Source of the DNA: Kiritimatiellia bacterium
GTDB taxonomy: Bacteria; Verrucomicrobiota; Kiritimatiellia; CAIKKV01
Direction: 5' to 3'
DNA length: 64,000 nucleotides
Assembly (NCBI GenBank): GCA_046484345.1
Contig: JAWOJA010000010.1
Span: 1,811 to 65,810 of the forward strand
This document shows positions 27,761 through 37,084 of the stretch, piece after piece; the first letter of the stretch is position 1, and each line of letters opens with the position of its first letter. A program made the translations under genes and the position numbers. Below the pieces are notes generated by a model, which did no database searches, was not told the origin of the DNA, and was given only the letters and a program-made list of their open reading frames with translations.

Positions 27761-29257
27761 ATGCAAGACGAAATGGCCACGGCGCCCCTGAGCACCGGCG
27801 CGTTCATCAAAAAGATTCTCCTGCTGGTCGCGCTCAGCTCCGGCATCGCCTCCTGCGGCCGGTTCATCGGCCTTTCCGGGGAGCAACAACTCACCACCGG
27901 CGTTTTCCTCTCCGCCGTCATCGGCACTCTTTTTTTCTGGAACCTCCGGCTGAGCATCGCGTTTTTGGGCGTCAGCGCCCTGATCATGACCCGGGCCATG
28001 ACGATACCTCAATATGTCGGGTCCATCGAAATGCCCATCATCCTGTTTTTAATCGGCATGATGATCATCCTCGGCTGCCTGGAAGATCTGGGTTTTTTCA
28101 CCTGGATCGTGCAATCCATCATCTCCCTGCCCCGCATGTCCGCCCGCCGCTTCATCGCCATCGTCTGCGTGGCGGCCATGCTCCTGGCCTGCGCGATCGA
28201 TGAAGTCACCTCCATCATCATCATCGCCACGCTGATGTTCCAGGTCTGCGGCCGGCTGAAAACCAATCCGACCCCCTTCATCATGATCGCGGTCATCGCC
28301 ACCAACATCGGCAGCGCCGGCACCATGATGGGCAACCCCGTGGGCATTCTGATCGGGGCCAAGGCGGGCTTCACCTTCGGCGACTTTATCCGCTGGTCCT
28401 TCCCGGTCGTCCTGATCTGCACGGCCGCCAACATCGCCCTGCTTTTCTTCCTGTTCCGGAAAGAGCTGCGCCTCTTCGACGAGCGACTCCTGGAACATGC
28501 CGCCGCGGGTGGCGGAATCGAACCCGGCGTTCGGATCCCCTATAAACGCAGCCTCTTCATCCTCGGCCTGGTCCTGCTCTGCATCGCCCTGCACCACCAG
28601 GCCGAACAGCTGCTGGGCATCGAGAAAAATTCGGTGCTTTTCCTGGCGCCGATCTTCTGCGCGGCCGGGGTTATGCTCTATCGCCGCGACCGGGCCCGCC
28701 ATTACGTGGAGCACTCGGTGGACCTCTGGACGCTCCTCTTCTTCATGATGTTCTTCGCCATCGCCGGAGCCCTCAAGCACAGCGGGGTCACCGAAGTGCT
28801 GGCCCATAAATTCACCGGCGCGGTCAGCGGCAACACCGGAATGCTGGTCGCCGTCGTCATCGGCGTCTCGGCCATCGGCTCGGCCTTCGTGGACAATGTG
28901 GTCTTCGTGGCCGCCTTCGCCCCGATCGTCGAAGGCCTTCGCGCCACCGGGGCGGTCGTCACCCCCCTGTGGTGGGCCCTTCTTTTCGGCGCCTGCTTCG
29001 GCGGCAACATCACGATCATCGGCTCCACCGCCAACATCGTGGCTCTGGGGATGCTGGAAAAACAGGCCCATGCCCATATCCGCTTCAAGGATTGGCTGAA
29101 AATCGGGCTGGCCTCCGCCGCCCTCACCTGCGGCATCGCCACGGTATGGGTCCAGCTGACAATGCCCCACATGAAGGAGGCCTCTCCCCATGAACCCGAA
29201 ATCAAAATGGGCGGGGCCGTAGAAACCACCGCTCCCATTATCCCCGATTCTCCCTGA
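27761..29257 (+). CDS. Ion-transporter-superfamily permease (ArsB/NhaD/CitMHS-like) (module copy 2)
   Basis: 498 aa, about 75% identical to 25237-26718 by eye. Confidence 0.8.
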   Translation: MQDEMATAPLSTGAFIKKILLLVALSSGIASCGRFIGLSGEQQLTTGVFLSAVIGTLFFWNLRLSIAFLGVSALIMTRAMTIPQYVGSIEMPIILFLIGMMIILGCLEDLGFFTWIVQSIISLPRMSARRFIAIVCVAAMLLACAIDEVTSIIIIATLMFQVCGRLKTNPTPFIMIAVIATNIGSAGTMMGNPVGILIGAKAGFTFGDFIRWSFPVVLICTAANIALLFFLFRKELRLFDERLLEHAAAGGGIEPGVRIPYKRSLFILGLVLLCIALHHQAEQLLGIEKNSVLFLAPIFCAAGVMLYRRDRARHYVEHSVDLWTLLFFMMFFAIAGALKHSGVTEVLAHKFTGAVSGNTGMLVAVVIGVSAIGSAFVDNVVFVAAFAPIVEGLRATGAVVTPLWWALLFGACFGGNITIIGSTANIVALGMLEKQAHAHIRFKDWLKIGLASAALTCGIATVWVQLTMPHMKEASPHEPEIKMGGAVETTAPIIPDSP

Positions 29258-29849
29258 CCCAGGCCGCCGCCGCGGCCTCGCCGGGCGGAACCACCCCCAG
29301 AACAAGCCGCGCGGGCGGGTTTTGCCCCAGCTCCACGCTCCCGCGTTCGGGAAGGCAGACCAAGCCGCTTCCCAAAACCACCAGTTGAAAATCGCCCGCC
29401 TCGCGGCGCATCCAGTTCTCTGCGCCCGCCACCCATGCGGCCCCGCCCAGCGGCAGCCCCATTTCCGCCGTTTGTTCGGGGAGGCCCTGCGGCACCACCT
29501 CAACCCGAAGCAACGCGTCATCCGCATTCACTCGAAAACGAAGATTCCACCGGCCGGCCGCCAAAACCAACTCAGCCGCCAGCTCGGCCCCGGCTTGGTT
29601 AAACCGCAACCGGCCACGTGAAAACCGGGCCAGCTCCGCCGTTTGCCCCGCGGAACCCCGCGCCACAAGTTGGAACGGATGGGGAAGCGCTTCCGGATCG
29701 ATCAATTCCCGAACCGGCCCGCCCCGGAAAAGAAGGGATCGCAGGCCGCCACTGGCCAGGTCAAGCTGAAGCCGCCAAATCCGGCTTTCCAGCGCCTGCT
29801 CGGAACCCGACACCCCGTCGGGCGGCGCGCTGGGCGGGGCCGTGTTCAT
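29238..29849 (-). CDS. Hypothetical protein
   Basis: 203 aa. Its start overlaps the phosphomannomutase stop (ATGA). Its 3' end overlaps the convergent permease by 20 nt. No recognisable domain. Confidence 0.4.
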   Translation of the reverse strand: MNTAPPSAPPDGVSGSEQALESRIWRLQLDLASGGLRSLLFRGGPVRELIDPEALPHPFQLVARGSAGQTAELARFSRGRLRFNQAGAELAAELVLAAGRWNLRFRVNADDALLRVEVVPQGLPEQTAEMGLPLGGAAWVAGAENWMRREAGDFQLVVLGSGLVCLPERGSVELGQNPPARLVLGVVPPGEAAAAAWVRENRG

Positions 29850-31168
29850 GCGCGGATCAGCTCCAGCAGCTCGTCACGCTTGCGCTCCATGCGGGCCTTT
29901 GTCTTGGCCTCCAGGTTCAACCGCACCAGCGGCTCGGTGTTGGAACAGCGCACGTTGAACCACCAGTCGTCATACTCCACGCTCACCCCGTCCAACTCGA
30001 TCGTGCGGCCGTCCGCATACTTTTTGCGCATCGCCCGCAGAACGGCCTGTGGATCGTGCACCTCGGAGTTGATCTCGCCGCTGGCGAAATAACGCTGAAT
30101 CGGGCGGATCAGCTCGGAAAGCGGCTTGCCGGACCGCCCCACGATGTCGGCCACGGCGAGCACCGCCATGGCGGAGCTTTCAGTGTAATAGTTGTCTCGG
30201 AAATAGTAGTGCCCGGAGAGCTCGCCGGCAAAAAGGGCCTTGGCATCGCGCATCTGTTGCTTGATGAAGGCATGCCCCACCCGGCTCATCATGGGCGTGC
30301 CGCCGTTTTCCTCAATGACCTCCTTGACCGCCCAGCTGCTGCGAAGGTCGTAGAAAATCACGCCCTTCTCCTTTTGCAGCACGCTTTCGGCCACCAAGGC
30401 GGTGATGATGTCCATCGGAACCACGTCGCCCTTCTCATCCAGGAACCCCGCGCGGTCGGCATCGCCGTCAAAGGCCACGCCAAAGGCGTATCCGCCTTGC
30501 CGGACCCGCTCCTGAAGCGCTTCAAGCGTCTCCGTTTTCAGCGGGTTGGCCTCGTGGTTCGGGAAGGTCCCATCCAGAGTGTCGAACAGAGGATCGATCT
30601 CCAGGAGCCCTTCGAAGCAGCGGGCCTCCATGACGCCCATGGAATTGGCGAAATCCACCGCCACCTTCAGCTTGCGGGCCGGCCGGACCTTCTCCTGCAC
30701 GTGTTTCACGTATTCGGGTACAATGTCCACCCTGGATACCTTGCCCGGCGCGGCGGCAAGCGGGGCAAAGGCCCCGGATTCCACAATATTCTCGATATCC
30801 TGGATGCCCGTGGCCCCGCTGATCGGCACCGCCTGGGCGCGGCAGGGTTTGAATCCGTTCCACTCTCCGGGATTGTGCGAGGCCGTGATCATGATGCTGC
30901 CGTCGGCCCCCAGCGAGCCGTTGGCGAAATAGGACATGGGCGTGGAGCAGAGCCCCAGCCCGATGACATCACAGCCCTGGCGGGTCAGCCCGCGGGCCAG
31001 GGCCTCGAAAAGAGGCACGGAATGGGGCCGCATATCCATCCCCACCACCACCTTGCGGGGCTTGTTGAGAAACGTGGCATAGGCGCGGCCGATTTTTTCG
31101 GCCGTCTCGTCGGTCAGCGTCTGACCGTAAATCCCGCGAATATCATAGGCTTTGAAAATGCCGGACAT
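29846..31168 (-). CDS. Phosphomannomutase/phosphoglucomutase (alpha-D-phosphohexomutase family)
   Basis: 440 aa. Active-site TASHNPGEWNGFK. Four-domain PGM/PMM layout. Confidence 0.85.
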   Translation of the reverse strand: MSGIFKAYDIRGIYGQTLTDETAEKIGRAYATFLNKPRKVVVGMDMRPHSVPLFEALARGLTRQGCDVIGLGLCSTPMSYFANGSLGADGSIMITASHNPGEWNGFKPCRAQAVPISGATGIQDIENIVESGAFAPLAAAPGKVSRVDIVPEYVKHVQEKVRPARKLKVAVDFANSMGVMEARCFEGLLEIDPLFDTLDGTFPNHEANPLKTETLEALQERVRQGGYAFGVAFDGDADRAGFLDEKGDVVPMDIITALVAESVLQKEKGVIFYDLRSSWAVKEVIEENGGTPMMSRVGHAFIKQQMRDAKALFAGELSGHYYFRDNYYTESSAMAVLAVADIVGRSGKPLSELIRPIQRYFASGEINSEVHDPQAVLRAMRKKYADGRTIELDGVSVEYDDWWFNVRCSNTEPLVRLNLEAKTKARMERKRDELLELIRA

Positions 31169-31558
31169 CTGTTTTCTCCTTCGTTTAACCGTCCCACAAG
31201 ATAAGCCAACAGGCGCGCTTTCGTCTATGGGGAATTTGTAAAGGCGGTAATCGCTCAGTTATCGGGGGTTGATTGGCGGCTTTGAATTGGCCTGCGGAAT
31301 ACGGGTCCGTATTTCAGGCTTCCGCAGGCGAGAGTCCGTGATGCGCAGAGGCCGCGGCGGACACCGTGCCGGGACCGTCCGTCTTGGCGGTCGGCGCTAT
31401 CCGCCCCTGCCCTCCGGCTTCGCGGGGCTTCGCCGCGACACGTCGGGGCGGGAGCTCCTTTCGCCCCCGCGCCCCCGCGCGGGCTCACCTCGGGCGACGT
31501 GGCCGCCGAGGCTCGGCATGCGGACCATTCCCGCCGAAAACAATCTGCTGGCTCCGGA

Positions 31559-32596
31559 TTAACGGATTGCCGGGGTGGAGCGCGAGCCAGGGCGAGGGAA
31601 GGCTTCGCTTAGAACCAGATGAGTGACCCCTGTCCCGGGCTCCCTTTGCCGTCCTCCGCACATCATGGCCGTCAGCGCCGCCTCCGGAGTCCATCCTTCC
31701 AATAGCGTCGCGCCGGCGCGTTTCAACCCCGCCGTGCTGCCATAGGCGATCCGCACCCGGTCGCCATGCTGCGAAACCAGCCAAACGGGGACCCCGCGGT
31801 CAACCGCTTCGCGCACCGCCGGCCGCAAATCGTAGGCGCCTTCCGCGCAGCCCGTGCCCGACCCGTATCCCGCCAGCACAATGCCCCGCGCGCCCGCCCG
31901 CCACGCGCGCCGGAACGTCTCGGGCTCAAAGCCCGGATGCAGGGTGAAGAGCGCGGCCCGCGAATCGACATTGAAATGAGGCTCATACTCCGGAGCCTGC
32001 ACCGGCAAAGGAATGCGCCACGAAACTTTTCCAGCGTCGCCCCGGATCGCCCCGGCCGCACAACCCCACACCGGCTGGAAAAAATCGGGCCGCGCGGCGT
32101 CTTTCCGCGCGTTGACGGGGTCCAGCACCAGGCTGCCGCCGGGCATGCCGGCAAACGCCAGCCAGACCCCCGGCCGCTTGCGGGCCGACCGGGCCAGGGC
32201 CATGGCATGCCCCAAGTTGCGAATGGCATCGGTGCCCGAATCCCCGAGCGGCAGGGCGGAGCCCGTCAGCACCACAGGGACCGGCACCCCCTTCAACAGC
32301 CAGCGCAACGCGCAGGCCGTGTAGATCATCGTATCCGTCCCATGCGCCACCACGATCGCCCGGACGCCCCGGCGAACGCCGGCGTCGATCGTGCGGGCCA
32401 GGACGGCCCAGTCCGCGGGCGCCACATTTTCGCTCAACTTGCCCAGCGCCGACTCCACAACCCAGTCGCCCGCTTCCGGCAAACTTTTTTCCAAAAGACG
32501 CGCAAAGGCCGCCGGTTTGTAATCGGCAAAAACGGGACCGCGTCCCCGGCGCTTTCCGCCCAAGGTGCCGCCCGTATAAATCAGGAGCCCGCTCAT
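31559..32596 (-). CDS. L-asparaginase, type I (AnsA-like)
   Basis: Start at internal ATG 32596 (MSGLLIYTGGTLGG, threonine catalytic motif; HGTDTM). ATGA overlap with the upstream methyltransferase gene. Confidence 0.8.
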   Translation of the reverse strand: MSGLLIYTGGTLGGKRRGRGPVFADYKPAAFARLLEKSLPEAGDWVVESALGKLSENVAPADWAVLARTIDAGVRRGVRAIVVAHGTDTMIYTACALRWLLKGVPVPVVLTGSALPLGDSGTDAIRNLGHAMALARSARKRPGVWLAFAGMPGGSLVLDPVNARKDAARPDFFQPVWGCAAGAIRGDAGKVSWRIPLPVQAPEYEPHFNVDSRAALFTLHPGFEPETFRRAWRAGARGIVLAGYGSGTGCAEGAYDLRPAVREAVDRGVPVWLVSQHGDRVRIAYGSTAGLKRAGATLLEGWTPEAALTAMMCGGRQREPGTGVTHLVLSEAFPRPGSRSTPAIR

Positions 32597-33867
32597 GCCG
32601 GGACCGCCGGTTTGCGGCTCCGGGTCCGGGTTCCCGGCAGGCGCAGCCACGCCACCGCTTCAAAATGGGGGGTGCGGGGAAACATATCCACCAGCTGCAG
32701 CCGTTTGGGTTGGTAGCCGGCGGCCGTCAGCCGCCCCAAATCGCGCGCCAGCGTGTCGGCCGCGCAGGAAACATAGACGAGGTCCCGCGGCTTGAAGGCG
32801 TTAATGGCGGCCGTGACGCCAACCTCGAGCCCGGTGCGCGGCGGATCCACCAGCAGCAGCGTGGAGGCCGGATCCCCGGCGGCCAACAGGGGACCCACTC
32901 CGCGCGCGGCGGAAGCGGCCTGGAAGGAAAAATCCGTCATGCCGTGGCGGGCGGCATTTTCGCCGGCCGCCGCAATCACCGCCGGATCGGCATCCAGCCC
33001 GGTGCCCTCTTTAACACCGGCCCGCGCGGCCGCGAGTGAGAAAAAGCCGACGCCACAAAAGAGATCCACAAACCGGTCCGGCTTGGACTGACGCACGATC
33101 TCCCGCACGGTTTCGAACAGCAGCGCCGCGCTCCAGGGGTTAACCTGGAAAAAGCCGCCCCGGGGCACGCGCAGGGATCCGCCCGGCGTCTCTTCGAGCA
33201 GCCAGGTGTCACGCGGCGAAGCATCGCCCCGCCAGTAGACCGCGCCATCGCGCTCAGTCCAGCGAAGCGTCACATCCATGTCCTGTCGGAGGGTCGCGAA
33301 GAAGCCCGGCTTGCTCCTGAGCTCATCGAGCAAGGTGTTAAGGGCCGGAACGGCCAGGGGGCAAACCGAAATGTCGAGCACGGTGCGGTTCTCGCCGCCC
33401 TGATAGCCCAGGCGCGTCTCCCGGCCGTCTTTCTGGGTATGCAAGGTGATCTTGTTGCGGTAATAAAGCGGTTGCGGGGCACCGATGGGCTTGCGGAACG
33501 TCAGCTCCTTCAAGCCGCCGATGCGGGCCAGCACCTCGGCAAACTGCTCCTGCTTCAAGGCCAACTCGCGCTTGTACGCGATATGCCCGTAGGAACAGCC
33601 CGGACAAACGGGCACGGGCTTCGGCCCCACGCCGCGGGGGCGGATCATGAGGGGACATTCGGGAGCGATGCGGTCGGAGGAAGGCTCCAGCACCTCCAAG
33701 AGCACGCCCTGTGAGAACGTGCGGCGCCCGCTGAGGATGCGGTAGCGGATCCGTTCGCCCGGCAGCACGCCGGGAATAAACACCACGCAGCCATCCAGCC
33801 GGACCACACCGGAACCGCCGTAGGCCACGCTCTCCACCACGCCTTCATACCGTGTTTCAAATGCCAT
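32593..33867 (-). CDS. TRAM-domain class-I SAM-dependent RNA (uracil-5)-methyltransferase, RlmD/RumA-like
   Basis: 424 aa. N-terminal TRAM-like beta-barrel region, Cys cluster, C-terminal methyltransferase fold (DLFCGVGFFSLA). Confidence 0.75.
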   Translation of the reverse strand: MAFETRYEGVVESVAYGGSGVVRLDGCVVFIPGVLPGERIRYRILSGRRTFSQGVLLEVLEPSSDRIAPECPLMIRPRGVGPKPVPVCPGCSYGHIAYKRELALKQEQFAEVLARIGGLKELTFRKPIGAPQPLYYRNKITLHTQKDGRETRLGYQGGENRTVLDISVCPLAVPALNTLLDELRSKPGFFATLRQDMDVTLRWTERDGAVYWRGDASPRDTWLLEETPGGSLRVPRGGFFQVNPWSAALLFETVREIVRQSKPDRFVDLFCGVGFFSLAAARAGVKEGTGLDADPAVIAAAGENAARHGMTDFSFQAASAARGVGPLLAAGDPASTLLLVDPPRTGLEVGVTAAINAFKPRDLVYVSCAADTLARDLGRLTAAGYQPKRLQLVDMFPRTPHFEAVAWLRLPGTRTRSRKPAVPA

Positions 33868-33971
33868 AATTACCCATCCGTGTGACTTCCTGTTCGCCGG
33901 TGGAGCAACTTAGCAGGACGGGAGGAGTTAAGAAAGCCCAAAGAACGGCAACAACCCACAAAACAACTCGC

Positions 33972-34012
33972 GTAAAAAAAGAAAACGGGGAAGCCTAAGC
34001 TTCCCCGTTTTC
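33972..34012 (-). terminator. Strong rho-independent terminator (minus strand) between the small ORF and the methyltransferase gene
   Basis: Perfect 13-bp stem AAAACGGGGAAGC/GCTTCCCCGTTTT with loop CTAA. On the minus strand it is followed by TTTTCTTTTTTT. Confidence 0.55.
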
Positions 34013-34028
34013 AAGAATCTGCCCGCTC

Positions 34029-34121
34029 TTACTTCGCGGCGGGAGCCGCGGGAGCCTCTGTGGGGGCATTCGTCGAGGTGGGAGCATTCGTGGTGGGGGC
34101 AACAACAACTTCGTCTTTCAT
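34029..34121 (-). CDS. Candidate small protein (30 aa) MKDEVVVAPTTNAPTSTNAPTEAPAAPAAK
   Basis: ATG preceded by AAAGGAA at roughly 9-nt spacing. Ends 17 nt before the strong terminator. AT-rich promoter-like region upstream. Too short to appear in the ORF track. Confidence 0.3.
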   Translation of the reverse strand: MKDEVVVAPTTNAPTSTNAPTEAPAAPAAK

Positions 34122-34220
34122 TTAAACCGTTCCTTTCTTGGTTTTGGTTTCGATAATATATACGCTTACGCCGTCCCAAATTCAATAAATAATTAATGGA
34201 TTTCCATGATTATTCTATTG

Positions 34221-34246
34221 CCTTCTTTTCTCAAACCCATTTATAA
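34221..34246 (+). promoter_or_regulatory. Sigma70-like promoter (TTGCCT-N18-TATAAT) for the zinc-ribbon protein gene
   Basis: TATAAT lies 40 nt upstream of ATG 34286 inside an unusually AT-rich 180-bp island in a GC-rich genome. Confidence 0.35.
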
Positions 34247-34285
34247 TGAAAGATTAATTATTCGATCCTTTCCCGAGGAACCGAT

Positions 34286-35374
34286 ATGTTTATCACCGTC
34301 GTGTGTCCAAAATGCGGCCGCAGCATCAAGGCAAAAAAGAAATTCGTTCTGGGCTCCGGGGGCGTGCCCTGCCTGAAATGCAGGGTCCGCATCCCCGTTT
34401 CCCGGGAGCAGGTGGAGGCCTACAAGCCCGCGTCCGCCGTGGAGGAAGAGGCGGAAACCATGGCCGGACTCGAAACTGCGCCCGATTCGGCAGAAGCGGC
34501 GCCCCTGTCCCCCGCCGTGCAGGAAACCCCGCCTGAGCCCGAAGCCATTCCGGAACCCGAACCGCTGCCGCAGGCGGAACCTTTCGCGCCCACCGACTCC
34601 GTGCCCCTGCTCGAGGACACGGATCGCATCACCGGTGCCATCTCTCTCGAATACGAGCAGGAAGCCGAAAAAAAGACAACTGCCGCACAGGAAGCGGCTC
34701 CGTCGGGAACGGGGCCTCAAATCACCTTCACGTGCCAGTATTGCCAGACCCAATACCCGCTGCGCCAGGCTCTTGCCGGCAAAAAAATACGTTGCAAAAG
34801 CTGTTCGCGCATCGTCAAGGTGGCCCCCGATTCCCCCGTCATCCAAGCCAACGAACCGACTCCCCCGCCGCCGCTTGAGGACGATATCCCCGTCGTCTTC
34901 TCCCCGGCCTTTGTGCCGCAGACTCCCGAACCAAATCCGCCGCCGCCTCTTCCGCCGCCTCCTCCGCCGCCTCCGCCGCCTCCTCCGCCGTCCCGGGAGG
35001 CCCCCGTTTTTTCCTCAACAGATGGAACAGCCACGGAAGTCGTTAACCGACTTCGCAAGGCGCTCGCGGAAGCCGAGGAACGGGCCAACAGCGCCGAAGA
35101 ACTGTTGCACCGCTCCAATCAGGAAAAAATGAACGCGGAAATGGTCGCCTTCCGGAAAATCCGGGACCTGGAAACCCAAGTTCGTGACCTCAGCGGCCAA
35201 TTGAAAGAGCGGGAGGCACAAAGCCGCTCCGCCGGCAGGCTAAACCGGGCCGATGTGGAGGCGTTGCTCAAATCGTTGTGCGACGAGTTGGACGCCAACC
35301 TGAAGCAGGAAATCGCGGCGCACCAAAACCTGCTTGAGGATCTGAAGAAGCAACTGAAACAGGCCCTGCAGTAG
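34286..35374 (+). CDS. Double zinc-ribbon (MJ0042-type CxxC...CxxC x2), proline-rich, coiled-coil protein
   Basis: CPKCGRS...CLKCRV and CQYCQTQ...CKSCSRI. An 18-residue poly-Pro run. C-terminal heptad-repeat region (EAEERANSAEELLHRSNQEKMNAEM...). Confidence 0.7.
   Translation: MFITVVCPKCGRSIKAKKKFVLGSGGVPCLKCRVRIPVSREQVEAYKPASAVEEEAETMAGLETAPDSAEAAPLSPAVQETPPEPEAIPEPEPLPQAEPFAPTDSVPLLEDTDRITGAISLEYEQEAEKKTTAAQEAAPSGTGPQITFTCQYCQTQYPLRQALAGKKIRCKSCSRIVKVAPDSPVIQANEPTPPPPLEDDIPVVFSPAFVPQTPEPNPPPPLPPPPPPPPPPPPPSREAPVFSSTDGTATEVVNRLRKALAEAEERANSAEELLHRSNQEKMNAEMVAFRKIRDLETQVRDLSGQLKEREAQSRSAGRLNRADVEALLKSLCDELDANLKQEIAAHQNLLEDLKKQLKQALQ
34937..34990 (+). repeat. Simple sequence repeat (CCGCCTCCT-like) encoding the poly-proline tract
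   Basis: CCGCCGCCTCTTCCGCCGCCTCCTCCGCCGCCTCCGCCGCCTCCTCCGCCG sits within the CDS. Confidence 0.6.
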
Positions 35375-35407
35375 CCGCTACTCGACGCATCCGGCGCCTT
35401 ATTATTT

Positions 35408-37084
35408 TCAATCGATCGGAAACCGGGCGGTCAGCGCGAGCGCCTGCTCGCGCAACTTGGCCAGCGCCGGCTCATCACCGGCTTGGCGCAAGCCTTCCGT
35501 GATCAACTGGGCGATGGTTTCCATTTCCGCCTCCTTCATGCCGCGCGTGGTCACCGCCGCGGTGCCCAGCCGAATGCCCGACGTCTGGAACGGACTGCGC
35601 GTGTCGAACGGAATGGAATTCTTGTTGCACGTCACCCCCGCCTTTTCGAGGGCGTTGGCGGCGTCCTTGCCCGACAGGCCGGTCGGAGCCAGGTCCACCA
35701 GCATCAGATGATTGTCCGTGCCGCCGGAGATGATACGCAATCCGGAAGCCGCCAGCCGGTCGGCCAGCACGCGGGCGTTCACCAGTATCTGGGCGATGTA
35801 GGCCCGGAAGGCGGGCTGCTCGGCTTCATGGAAACAGACCGCCTTGGCCGCCACCGCGTGCATGAGGGGCCCGCCCTGGATGCCGGGGAACACCTGCTTA
35901 TCGATGTCGGCGGCATATTTTTCGCGGCACAAGATCAGGCCGCTGCGGGGACCCCGCAGGGTCTTGTGCGTGGTGGTGGTGACCACATCGCAGAAGGGAA
36001 CGGGATTGGGATGGCCGCCGCCCGCCACCAGGCCGGCGATGTGGGCCATATCCACCATCAGCAGGGCGCCGACGGAATCGGCAATGTGCCTCAGCCGCTC
36101 GAAATCGAGCAGGCGCGGATAAGCGCTGGCGCCGGCCACGAGGAGCCGCGGCTTGCGCTCCTTCGCCAAGCGCTCGACCTCGTCGTAATCGATCAGCTCG
36201 GTCTTCGGGCTGACCCCGTAATGGCTGACCTTGTACAGGCGGCCCGAAAAATTGACGGCGCTGCCGTGCGTCAGGTGCCCGCCCTGGTCCAGCCGCATGG
36301 CGAGAATGGCGTCGCCCGGCTGCAGAAGGGCGAAATAGACCGCCATGTTCGCGCCGCTTCCGCTGTGGGGCTGCACATTGGCGTGATCAGCGCCAAAAAG
36401 GGACTTGGCCCGCTCGATGGCCAGCCGCTCCACCTCGTCAACCCACAGGCAGCCGTTGTACCAGCGTTTGCCGGGATAGCCTTCGGCGTATTTGTTCGTG
36501 AGCAGGGAGCCCTGCGCCTCGCGGACCGCGCGACTGCTGTAGTTTTCGGAGGCGATCAGGTCGATCGTCTCGGCCTGGCGCCGCCGCTCGCCCTCCATGG
36601 CGGCGTAGAGCTCCGGATCGGCGGCGGCGATCTCCAGCGGATCGGTAACGCCCGAGCCGCCCATCTTGAAAACCCGCCGCCGGTGGCGCTCCGCCATGTC
36701 GGGAACAGCCTTCAGCCAGGCCTCGAGAATGGCGTCGGCCTGCGCCGGCGTCGTGTGCCGCCCTGAAAGGACCAGCACGTTGGCCTCGTTATGGGACCGC
36801 GTCATGGCCGCCATTTCCGGGGTCATGCACAGCGCCGCGCGGACCTTGGGATACTTGTTGGCCGCCATGCTCATGCCCTGGCCAGTGGTGCAGACGAGCA
36901 GGCCCAGGTCGGCCCGGCCGGTCGTGACGGCCGCGGAAACTGAATTGGCGAAATCCGTATAATCGCAGGAATCCGGCTTGCCGCAGCCCAGGTCCTCAAT
37001 CACAATACCCCGGGCCTGGAGCGTGCGCTTCAGGTGTTCCTTCAACTCAAAGCCGCCGTGGTCGGCGCCCAATGCCCATTTCAT
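35408..37084 (-). CDS. glyA: Fusion protein: ribose-5-phosphate isomerase B (RpiB/LacAB family) N-terminal domain plus serine hydroxymethyltransferase (GlyA)
   Basis: Residues 1 to about 145 are [18 protein letters not shown]...[24 protein letters not shown] (RpiB). The remainder carries SHMT motifs [65 protein letters not shown]. The reading frame is continuous. Confidence 0.85.
   Translation of the reverse strand: MKWALGADHGGFELKEHLKRTLQARGIVIEDLGCGKPDSCDYTDFANSVSAAVTTGRADLGLLVCTTGQGMSMAANKYPKVRAALCMTPEMAAMTRSHNEANVLVLSGRHTTPAQADAILEAWLKAVPDMAERHRRRVFKMGGSGVTDPLEIAAADPELYAAMEGERRRQAETIDLIASENYSSRAVREAQGSLLTNKYAEGYPGKRWYNGCLWVDEVERLAIERAKSLFGADHANVQPHSGSGANMAVYFALLQPGDAILAMRLDQGGHLTHGSAVNFSGRLYKVSHYGVSPKTELIDYDEVERLAKERKPRLLVAGASAYPRLLDFERLRHIADSVGALLMVDMAHIAGLVAGGGHPNPVPFCDVVTTTTHKTLRGPRSGLILCREKYAADIDKQVFPGIQGGPLMHAVAAKAVCFHEAEQPAFRAYIAQILVNARVLADRLAASGLRIISGGTDNHLMLVDLAPTGLSGKDAANALEKAGVTCNKNSIPFDTRSPFQTSGIRLGTAAVTTRGMKEAEMETIAQLITEGLRQAGDEPALAKLREQALALTARFPID

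Larger units (their letters stand above)
24315..29257 (+). repeat. Tandem duplication of a two-gene regulator-permease module (about 2.45 kb per unit)
   Basis: Unit 1 is 24315-26718 and unit 2 is 26836-29257. Gene order and spacing are identical (4-nt gaps), with protein identity around 75-80%. Confidence 0.7.

Noticed and set aside
29618-31204. 528-aa plus-strand ORF antisense to the phosphomannomutase gene
   Set aside because: Shadow ORF. The PMM active-site TASHNPGEWNGFK is on the minus strand.
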